Virus record (IMG/VR): IMGVR_UViG_3300036770_008729
Span: 31,359-95,358 of that record
Strand: one strand, 5' to 3'
Source of the DNA: a virus
DNA length: 64,000 nucleotides
In this document: positions 56,841 through 64,000 of the stretch, in pieces
Numbering within the stretch: the stretch's first letter is position 1
How the letters are laid out: each line of letters starts with the position of its first letter
Translations under genes and position numbers: made by a program
Notes under the pieces: model-generated
What the model was told of the DNA's origin: nothing
What the model saw: the letters and a program-made list of their open reading frames with translations, nothing else
Databases searched by the model: none

Positions 56841-57141
56841 AATCACTTTTCCATTTTTGAAAAAAAGAAAAATCTATATATACCAACAAAATCAAATTAA
56901 TACTATGCCTTTGCCATATTTCTCTTTTCTTCCTATGTATAATAGGATTAGAATGAAAAAAATTAGAACAATATTCAATATCAATATGGATAATAGACTG
57001 GAGGAAAAATCTTCTGACAGTAAACTTAAAATGAGTACAAGTTTGTTTAGAAACTGAGAGTAGAAAAAAGAAAAATGTATATATACCTTATAGAACTTAT
57101 TTATTTTAACTAAATATAAAATCAAAAAATAGCCTTAAAAC

Positions 57142-59064
57142 ATGAGCTTATTATCCACCATCAAAAAGAACTTTTCACAATCTGAAAAAGATATCTCAAT
57201 CGAAGAGTATCTAAAACTATGTAAATCAGATAAAAAAACTTATCTTTCTCCTGCTGAACGAATGCTTGACGCTATCGGTGAAGCTGAACTAATCGAAACT
57301 AAATTAGACGAAAGATTAAGTAGAATATACTCAAATAGAGTAATAAAAAGATATCCAGCATTTTCTGAATTCTTTGGAATGGAAGATACAATCGAACAAA
57401 TTGTTTCTTTCTTTAAACATGCCGCACAAGGTTTAGAAGAAAAGAAACAAATTCTTTATCTTTTAGGACCTGTTGGTGGTGGTAAATCATCATTGGCTGA
57501 AAGATTAAAACAATTAATGGAAAAAAGTCACATCTATGTTTTAGTTGCGAATGACGAGGTTTCTCCTGTTTGGGAAAACCCACTTGGTTTATTTTCATCA
57601 TATAGAGAACAATTAGAAGAAGAATATGGAATTCCTAAAAGATATGTTCCGTCTTGTCCTTCACCGTGGGCTACTAAAAGATTAGCTGAGTTTGATGGTG
57701 ATATCACTAAATTCAAAGTTAGAAAACTTAAAATGTCTATTGCTTCTCAAATTGGTATTTCCAAAGTTGAACCAGGTGACGAAAATAATCAAGATATCTC
57801 TTCATTAGTAGGTAAAGTTGATATTAGAAAATTAGCCGAGTTCCCACAAAATGATGCTGACGCTTATTCATATTCAGGAGCACTCTGTAAATCTAATCAG
57901 GGTTTAATGGAATTTGTTGAGATGTTTAAGGCACCGATAAAATTATTACATCCGCTATTAACAGCAACACAAGAAGGAAATTTTAATGGCACTGAAAATT
58001 TACCAGCTATTCCTTTTCAGGGTATTTTATTAGCTCACTCTAATGAAAGTGAATGGGAAACTTTCTCAAATGATAAGAAGAATGAGGCTTTCTTAGATCG
58101 TGTTTATATTGTGAGAGTTCCTTATTGTTTAAGAGTTGATGAAGAAGTTCAGATTTATCAAAAACTCTTAAAACATTCTTCTCTTTCAGGTTCGTCTTGT
58201 GCTCCTCAAACATTAGATTTGCTTGCTGAATTCTGTGTTATGACTAGACTTAAAAATCCAGAAAACTCTCTACTATATTCTAAAATGAGAGTCTATAATG
58301 GTGAAAACTTAAAAGAGTCTGATCCAAAAGCTAAATCTTTACAAGAATATAAAGATGATGCCGGTATCACAGAAGGTATGTCTGGTATTTCAACTCGTTT
58401 TGCGTTCAAAGTTCTCTCTAAGGTATTCAATCACGATTCAGAAGAAGTGGCTGCTAATCCTGTTCATCTGTTTTATGTATTAGAGCATGAAATAATTAAA
58501 GCTCAAATGACTAAGGAAGTAGAAGATTATTACTTAAATATCTTAAAATCAACTTTAACTAGTAAATACGCTGAGTTTATCGGTGATGAAATACAAAAAG
58601 CTTATGTTGATTCTTATCAAGAATATGGTCAAAATCTATTTGAGAGATACATCACTTATGCTGACCACTGGTGCCAAGATAATGATTTCAGAGATCCTGA
58701 AACCGGACAACAATTTGATAGAGCTGCACTTAATGAAGAATTAGAAAAAATTGAAAAACCAGCTGGTATTGCTAATCCAAAAGATTTTAGAAATGATTTA
58801 GTTCAATTTTATCTAAGACACAAAGCTAAAAATGGTAAATCACCATCTTGGGACTCTTATGAGAAAATTAAGAATGTTATTGAAAAAAGAATCTTCTCTA
58901 AAACAGAAGACCTTATTCCTGTTATTTCTTTCACATCTAAGGCATCCAAAGATGAACAAAAGAAACATTCTGAATTTGTTAATAGAATGAAAGATAGAGG
59001 TTACACTAATAAACAGATTAAATTACTCACTGACTGGTATTTAAGAATTAGGAAGTCAAATTAA
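57142..59064 (+). CDS. prkA: PrkA-family AAA+ serine protein kinase (YeaG-like)
   Basis: LLGPVGGGKSSL Walker A. Size of 640 aa and architecture fit PrkA/YeaG. Confidence 0.8.
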   Translation: MSLLSTIKKNFSQSEKDISIEEYLKLCKSDKKTYLSPAERMLDAIGEAELIETKLDERLSRIYSNRVIKRYPAFSEFFGMEDTIEQIVSFFKHAAQGLEEKKQILYLLGPVGGGKSSLAERLKQLMEKSHIYVLVANDEVSPVWENPLGLFSSYREQLEEEYGIPKRYVPSCPSPWATKRLAEFDGDITKFKVRKLKMSIASQIGISKVEPGDENNQDISSLVGKVDIRKLAEFPQNDADAYSYSGALCKSNQGLMEFVEMFKAPIKLLHPLLTATQEGNFNGTENLPAIPFQGILLAHSNESEWETFSNDKKNEAFLDRVYIVRVPYCLRVDEEVQIYQKLLKHSSLSGSSCAPQTLDLLAEFCVMTRLKNPENSLLYSKMRVYNGENLKESDPKAKSLQEYKDDAGITEGMSGISTRFAFKVLSKVFNHDSEEVAANPVHLFYVLEHEIIKAQMTKEVEDYYLNILKSTLTSKYAEFIGDEIQKAYVDSYQEYGQNLFERYITYADHWCQDNDFRDPETGQQFDRAALNEELEKIEKPAGIANPKDFRNDLVQFYLRHKAKNGKSPSWDSYEKIKNVIEKRIFSKTEDLIPVISFTSKASKDEQKKHSEFVNRMKDRGYTNKQIKLLTDWYLRIRKSN

Positions 59065-59081
59065 AAAATAGACCCAATTTT

Positions 59082-60344
59082 ATGTCTATTAATATTGTAG
59101 ATAGGAGAAAAAATCCTAAGGGTAAATCCTCTGAAAACCGTCAGAGATTCCTTAAACGGATTGAAGGTCAAATAAAAAAGGCCCTGCCTGATATTGTAAA
59201 AAATACTAATGTAAAGGATATCACTGGTACCGGTGAGAAAATTAAAGTTCCTGTAAAAGGAATTGGTGAGCCTCAGTTCTCTTATGATAGAGAATCTGGT
59301 AATAAAAAATATATTCACCCCGGGAATAAAGAATATGTTGAAGGTGATAAAATTAAAAAACCAGATGGTGGTGAAGGCAGAGGAAATGGAAGACAGGGCT
59401 CAAACGATCCAACCGTAACAGAAGATGAATTTACAGTTACAATTAGTAGAGAAGAATTTTTAGATTATTTCTTTCAAGATTTGGAACTTCCAGATATGGT
59501 GAAAAAACATCTTAATTCTATTGTAGATTGGAAAAGAAAAAGAGCAGGTTACTCTTCTTATGGAAATCCAAGTAGATTAAATATCACAAGATCTTATAAA
59601 AACTCTATGGCTAGGAGAATGGCTGTTGGTATGTTCTTTGATAAGAAAATAAAAGAAATTGAAGATAAACTTAAACTCAATCCACCAGATGATGAGAGAT
59701 TAAAATTAGAAACAGAATTAGATAAACTTAAAAAAATGAAACTATCTGTCTCATTTATGGAAGAGGTAGATCTTCAATATAACAACTTTGAGAAATATCC
59801 AGTTCCAGTAACATCAGCAGTAATGTTTTGTATTATGGATATATCTGGTTCAATGGGTGAAAAAGAAAAAGATATCTCTAAACGATTTTTTATGCTTCTT
59901 TATATGTTCCTAACTAAACAATATGAGAGGATTGAAATTGTTTTTATCAGACACCACACAGAAGCAAAAGAAGTTGATGAACAAGAATTCTTCAACTCAA
60001 AGGAAAGTGGTGGTACTGTGGTTCTTCCAGCTCTCGAATTAATGAAAAAGATAATTGATGAGAGATATGCACAAAATTGGAATATCTATGCGGCACAAGC
60101 TTCTGATGGTGATGTTTGGAATAAATCAGATGCTGATAATTGTTATAAGATATTAGATGTTGATTTATTGAATAGAGTTCAATATATGGTTTATATTGAG
60201 GTTTGTAGGAGAAATGATGGAGATTTGTGGGGAAATTATAATTTGTTGGCGCAAAAGAAAAAGAATTTTCAGATAGGGAAAATATCGGAAGTTAGTGAGA
60301 TATGGAAAGTGTTTCAAGACTTCTTCAAAAAGAAAGTTGCATAG
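59082..60344 (+). CDS. YeaH/YhbH-like DUF444 protein (vWA-like)
   Basis: MDISGSMGEKEKD is the vWA MIDAS DxSGS motif. 420 aa. Immediately downstream of prkA. Confidence 0.65.
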   Translation: MSINIVDRRKNPKGKSSENRQRFLKRIEGQIKKALPDIVKNTNVKDITGTGEKIKVPVKGIGEPQFSYDRESGNKKYIHPGNKEYVEGDKIKKPDGGEGRGNGRQGSNDPTVTEDEFTVTISREEFLDYFFQDLELPDMVKKHLNSIVDWKRKRAGYSSYGNPSRLNITRSYKNSMARRMAVGMFFDKKIKEIEDKLKLNPPDDERLKLETELDKLKKMKLSVSFMEEVDLQYNNFEKYPVPVTSAVMFCIMDISGSMGEKEKDISKRFFMLLYMFLTKQYERIEIVFIRHHTEAKEVDEQEFFNSKESGGTVVLPALELMKKIIDERYAQNWNIYAAQASDGDVWNKSDADNCYKILDVDLLNRVQYMVYIEVCRRNDGDLWGNYNLLAQKKKNFQIGKISEVSEIWKVFQDFFKKKVA

Positions 60345-60345
60345 A

Positions 60346-61842
60346 ATGAAAAAATCAGAGATAAAAAAACTTCTTAGTAAATCCGATTGGAATGAACATA
60401 CAATAAGAGTGTTTATTGAAATAATTGATAGAATATCAAAAGAACACCTTAATTTAGATGTTTATCCTAATCAATTTGAGATTGTTTCATCTGAGCAACT
60501 TCTTGATGCTTACGCCTCAATAGGACTCCCTATTTCATATAACCATTGGAAGTATGGAAAAGATTTTGTTATAAATCAAAATCAATATAAAAAGGGTAGA
60601 ATGGGTCTTTCTTATGAAATGGTAATTAATTCTAATCCATGTATCTCCTATAACTTAGAAGATAATGATACTTGTTTAATGACTTTGGTTTATGCACATG
60701 TACAGGGACACAATCATTTCTTTAAGAACAATTACCTTTTCAAGCAATGGACTCAGGCAGATTCAATTATTGATTATATGTTATTTGCTAGAAACTTTAT
60801 TTCCAAATGTGAAGAGAAATATGGATATGAAGAAGTTGAAATGGTATTAGATTCTTGCCACGCTCTTATGAACTATGGTGTTGATAAATATAAAAAACCA
60901 AAAAAATTAACACCCAAAGAAGAAGCTGAAAGATTAAAGAAGAAATTAGAAGATGATAGAGTTTTAGTGGATGATATTTGGAGAACACTTCCAAAAGAAG
61001 AAGAAAAGAAAAAGAAGAAAATCAAATTCCCAGAACAACCTGAGGAAAACATTCTTTATTTTATCCAGAAAAACTCACCTATACTTAAAGAGTGGCAAAG
61101 AGAAATAATTAGAATTGTAAGAAAAACCGCACAATATTTTTATCCACAAGGTCAAACCAAAGTTATTAACGAAGGAACGGCGACTTTTACTCATGTTGAA
61201 ATCATCAATAAAATGTATGAAGAAGGTTATTTAGATGATGGATTTATGCAAGAATTTCTACACCATCATTCTAATGTTGTATATCAACCAGGATTTGATT
61301 CTAAATACTATTCTGGACTTAATCCTTATACTTTGGGTTATAATATCTTTAAGGATATAAAAAGAATGTCTATTGATCCAACGATTGAAGATTTGCATTG
61401 GTTTCCGGATATTGCTGGAAAGGGAAATTGGAAAGAAGTATTTCTTTATGCGGTTGAGAACTTTAAGGATGAAACTTTTATTTTACAATATTTGTCTCCA
61501 AGAGTGATGAGAGATATGAAATTGTTTGAGATAACGGATTATGAGGAAGCGCCAAACTATGAAGTATCTTCAATTCATAATGAAAAGGGATATAAAAGAA
61601 TAAGACAAACTTTATCTGAATTTTACAATCGTAATAGATATGTTCCAGATATACAGGTTTATAATGTTGATATAACTGGTAATAGAGGATTAACTTTGGA
61701 ATATACACCTAATGATGCAAAAGAGTTGGATGTAAAAGAGGTTGATAAGGTGTTGCCTCATATTAAGTTTCTATGGGGATTTCCGGTAAAGATAATTAAG
61801 AAGTCTTATGGAAAAATTCATACAATTTCTACAACGGATTAG
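60346..61842 (+). CDS. SpoVR/YcgB-family protein
   Basis: Size and position as the third gene of the yeaG-yeaH-ycgB triad. Start set at the ATG right after the YeaH stop. Confidence 0.6.
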   Translation: MKKSEIKKLLSKSDWNEHTIRVFIEIIDRISKEHLNLDVYPNQFEIVSSEQLLDAYASIGLPISYNHWKYGKDFVINQNQYKKGRMGLSYEMVINSNPCISYNLEDNDTCLMTLVYAHVQGHNHFFKNNYLFKQWTQADSIIDYMLFARNFISKCEEKYGYEEVEMVLDSCHALMNYGVDKYKKPKKLTPKEEAERLKKKLEDDRVLVDDIWRTLPKEEEKKKKKIKFPEQPEENILYFIQKNSPILKEWQREIIRIVRKTAQYFYPQGQTKVINEGTATFTHVEIINKMYEEGYLDDGFMQEFLHHHSNVVYQPGFDSKYYSGLNPYTLGYNIFKDIKRMSIDPTIEDLHWFPDIAGKGNWKEVFLYAVENFKDETFILQYLSPRVMRDMKLFEITDYEEAPNYEVSSIHNEKGYKRIRQTLSEFYNRNRYVPDIQVYNVDITGNRGLTLEYTPNDAKELDVKEVDKVLPHIKFLWGFPVKIIKKSYGKIHTISTTD

Positions 61843-61874
61843 TTTTTTTAGATATTTATTCATATATTTGTATT

Positions 61875-62801
61875 ATGGGTAATATAGGTTATTGTTGCAT
61901 AAACCTTTCAATAAATGAAGGTAGAAAAAAGAAAGACCACATCTCTGTTAATAGAGGTATGACTAAAAAAACATTTGAGACAAAAGGTCTTTCTTATGTC
62001 TCTGAACTAGCTATACAAAATATTAATGACTTACAAAAGATATTAGAATGGAATGTTAAGAATAAGATATTTGTTTATAGAATGTCTAGTGATATGTTTC
62101 CATGTATAGGATTTTATAAACTAGAAAACCTTCCTCGTTTCGCAGCAATTTCTCAAAAATTGAAAGCAATTGGTGATTACGCTAAAATTAATTCTATCCG
62201 ACTTTCTTTTCACCCAACTCATTTCTGTATTCCCGCTAGTGAGAATCCAATAGTTGTAACAAATGCAATTGATGAATTAGATAAACATGCTCAAATAATG
62301 GATATTATGGGTTTAGAACAAACACACTTCTATCCTATAAACATACATGTAAATACTACTAAACCGACCAGAGAAGAAGCAGCTGATAGATTTTGCAAAC
62401 AGTTTTGGAATTTAAGCGAGTCTTGTAGAAAGAGATTAGTAGTAGAAAATGATGATGGTCCTAACCAGTATTCTACAAAGATGTTATATGATTTAATTTA
62501 TACAAAAATTGGAGTTCCCATAACTCATGACTTTCATCACCATAACTATGGACCACAAGATATTTCACAGGAAGAAGCACTTAAACTTGCCCATTCTACT
62601 TGGAATGGCATTAAACCAATGACTCATATGAGTTCTCCAAAAACATTAGAAGATAATTCAGGAAAACAAACAGCACATGCAGATTACATATATGAAGAAA
62701 TTAAAACTTATGGTCTTGACTTTGATACAGAAATTGAGGCAAAAGCCAAAGACCTTGCGGTATTCAGATACAGAAAACAATTTCAGATACTCAAAGGGTG
62801 A
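61875..62801 (+). CDS. uvdE: UV-damage endonuclease (UvdE/Uve1 family)
   Basis: N-terminus MGNIGYCCINLSIN resembles the UvdE start lGyvCi.l. TIM-barrel size of 308 aa. Confidence 0.65.
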   Translation: MGNIGYCCINLSINEGRKKKDHISVNRGMTKKTFETKGLSYVSELAIQNINDLQKILEWNVKNKIFVYRMSSDMFPCIGFYKLENLPRFAAISQKLKAIGDYAKINSIRLSFHPTHFCIPASENPIVVTNAIDELDKHAQIMDIMGLEQTHFYPINIHVNTTKPTREEAADRFCKQFWNLSESCRKRLVVENDDGPNQYSTKMLYDLIYTKIGVPITHDFHHHNYGPQDISQEEALKLAHSTWNGIKPMTHMSSPKTLEDNSGKQTAHADYIYEEIKTYGLDFDTEIEAKAKDLAVFRYRKQFQILKG

Positions 62802-63099
62802 TCGCTTTATCACTAATGATGGTATCGGTTATGTTAAATTTGAAGTTGGTGAGAAAGTCATAGTTGATGAAATTATCTATGGTGAAGAAAAAGTAGGAGT
62901 TGTTATCGATATAAATGCACGATATGTAGTTCCTGAGATTGAGCAGAGTTGGAAGGTAGAATACTTAGTTATATTCAATCTAAAGACAGGTGATAATATC
63001 TACATACAGCCTACTAAAAAATGGCTTACTGATGTGGATTTAAGAAAATGGTCATTGGATGAAGAAAGAGAATGGAAATTAAATAATATACTATCATAA
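62677..63099 (+). CDS. hypothetical protein (start uncertain, overlaps uvdE 3' end)
   Basis: ORF with no in-frame ATG downstream of the uvdE stop. The true start is likely one of the ATGs at 62677, 62692 or 62710. Confidence 0.25.
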   Translation: MQITYMKKLKLMVLTLIQKLRQKPKTLRYSDTENNFRYSKGDRFITNDGIGYVKFEVGEKVIVDEIIYGEEKVGVVIDINARYVVPEIEQSWKVEYLVIFNLKTGDNIYIQPTKKWLTDVDLRKWSLDEEREWKLNNILS

Positions 63100-63368
63100 T
63101 GAGTTACAAAATTATACATTTAGGAGAAGGTCAATTTCAAGCTGTTATGGATAACGGTGAAATTAAAGAAGTTGGAAATAACATTAAAGGAATGATAAGA
63201 TACACATTCTTTGAGGATTATAGTTTCCCACCAATTGATTGGGAAATAACACAAAAAGAGCTATTAGAAACTTATCATCCAAAAGTTCTGGCTGATATAG
63301 CAAGTGGTAAAATTAAACCAAGTAAAGAAAAACCAGAAGATAATTCTGATTGGATAGAAATAATATAA
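63099..63368 (+). CDS. hypothetical protein
   Basis: 89-aa ORF with ATGA coupling. Confidence 0.3.
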   Translation: MSYKIIHLGEGQFQAVMDNGEIKEVGNNIKGMIRYTFFEDYSFPPIDWEITQKELLETYHPKVLADIASGKIKPSKEKPEDNSDWIEII

Positions 63369-63377
63369 AATATTTAA

Positions 63378-63935
63378 ATGCAAATTAAAATACATATCGT
63401 ACATTGTCAAGATTCTGATACACTTAGAATCATTCAAGACCATGAATTAAAGAAAAACAAAACTCCTAAATTAAATGATGGATACATTTTAGTAAGGGAA
63501 TGGTTTGATGATGATAGTTATGATTATAGAGAAGTTCCAGTTACAATTGAACAAACCTTTTTAGTTATTACTAAAGGTGAGTTCATAAGAAATGATAAGA
63601 ATTCATCAAAGTTAAATGCCTACTATATGTCTGGGGGTTTTGCCGAAGTCAATAGATTGGCTTATTCTTATTCTGTTAATGTTATTCTATGTGACGGAAA
63701 TTGGACTTTATATGAAAATGACTTAGTTTATTCTAAGTCTGGAATAAAGGCAACTACAGGTAGTATGTATTCATATCATTTGAATGAGCCTGAGCAAATG
63801 TATATTGAGGATCTATTAGACTATGAAGTTTGGCAAAGTTTAAATCTTACAGATATTCTAAAATCCTATTTGACTCAATCCGAAATAAGAGATAGTAAAA
63901 TTGATAAAATATTAGATAATGAGAGTGATACATAA
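63378..63935 (+). CDS. hypothetical protein
   Basis: 185-aa ORF. Confidence 0.3.
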   Translation: MQIKIHIVHCQDSDTLRIIQDHELKKNKTPKLNDGYILVREWFDDDSYDYREVPVTIEQTFLVITKGEFIRNDKNSSKLNAYYMSGGFAEVNRLAYSYSVNVILCDGNWTLYENDLVYSKSGIKATTGSMYSYHLNEPEQMYIEDLLDYEVWQSLNLTDILKSYLTQSEIRDSKIDKILDNESDT

Positions 63936-64000
63936 ATCTAATTTTGAAGACAGACCATATGTCTTAAAGACATCATTAATGTTTGTTGAGGATAATAAAA

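Noticed and set aside
9586-61708. Many 60-130-aa antisense or overlapping ORFs from the six-frame track (e.g. 9586-9783, 14935-15120, 21532-21723, 22417-22608, 23909-24166, 27009-27197, 28630-28815, 32161-32373, 34630-34818, 38084-38475, 45165-45416, 45184-45369, 48728-48910, 49239-49433, 50839-51021, 52420-52809, 53522-53713, 56205-56387, 56568-56828, 57413-57716, 59061-59318, 61478-61708)
   Set aside because: Each lies inside or antisense to a longer ORF with recognisable motifs. They have low-complexity or hydrophobic composition typical of random frames in AT-rich sequence, and none has its own promoter or terminator context.
44461-61842. Interpretation of the window as host bacterial chromosome, because of dnaK, dnaJ, grpE, prkA-yeaH-spoVR, adk and cspA
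   Set aside because: These genes are interleaved with unmistakably T4-like genes (gp32, Rnl1, CTS-tagged proteins, endolysin). They share the same composition and tight operon packing, and the chaperones are dispersed and divergent rather than in the canonical bacterial operon. Host contamination cannot be excluded without assembly data, but it seems unlikely.
1-64000. CRISPR arrays or other regular short direct-repeat arrays
   Set aside because: No series of 25-40-bp repeats with regular spacers was seen. The only notable repeats are the two-copy elements reported as findings.
1-64000. Eukaryotic giant virus origin, suggested by fucosyltransferases, Hsp70 and a large glycan island
   Set aside because: The T9SS sorting domain, SPPY prokaryotic methyltransferases, CspA, GrpE, PrkA/YeaH/SpoVR, rho-independent terminators and ATGA-coupled operons all point to a prokaryotic virus.

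Overview
AT-rich window (roughly 28-30% GC by eye) with nearly gap-free coding on both strands. I read it as part of a large T4-like phage genome whose host is probably a Bacteroidota/Flavobacteriia bacterium. The T4-like evidence is a gp32-like ssDNA-binding protein (VVRFLP motif, acidic ...DDFFNDL tail), a T4 Rnl1-like RNA ligase (KEDGS lysine motif), SPPY-type DNA methyltransferases, an endolysin, and T4-style capsid-targeting-sequence (CTS) propeptides. The host clue is a 1499-aa protein with a Sec signal peptide and a type IX secretion (T9SS) C-terminal sorting domain. Layout: (1) 0.15-18.8 kb, plus strand: an 18.6-kb glycan biosynthesis island with two GT10 alpha-1,3-fucosyltransferase-like genes, GT47/GT25-like transferases, several FkbM/SAM methyltransferases, a nucleotide-heptose-type pathway (SIS isomerase, GHMP kinase, HAD phosphatase fused to a cytidylyltransferase), two SDR epimerase/dehydratases, a cupin and a nucleotidyltransferase fused to an APH-like kinase. 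(2) 18.8-23.9 kb, minus strand: putative virion proteins and the gp32 SSB, then a patatin phospholipase on plus. (3) 24.9-34.3 kb, minus strand, plus scattered copies at 47.7, 53 and 56 kb: the most striking feature. About 14 unrelated proteins, including a 2H phosphoesterase, a PCD/DCoH-fold protein, a HEXXH protein and very acidic and very basic proteins, all begin with the same ~11-residue motif MKHLKxYxxFE, ending in a [L/I/F]-x-E site as in T4 internal proteins IPI-III and Alt. This reads as an expanded arsenal of capsid-packaged, host-injected effectors. Most have a TTTAATATATA box just upstream. (4) 34.9-39.4 kb: the T9SS-cargo giant protein. (5) 39.7-64 kb: auxiliary genes: GMP reductase-like, CspA, two orphan DNA methyltransferases, DnaJ/GrpE/DnaK chaperones, adenylate kinase, Rnl1, endolysin, a PrkA-YeaH-SpoVR triad and UvdE. 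Several rho-independent terminators share one palindrome. I found no CRISPR arrays, rRNA or convincing tRNA. All calls rest on motifs read by eye, and coordinates of non-ORF features are accurate to about 2 bp.
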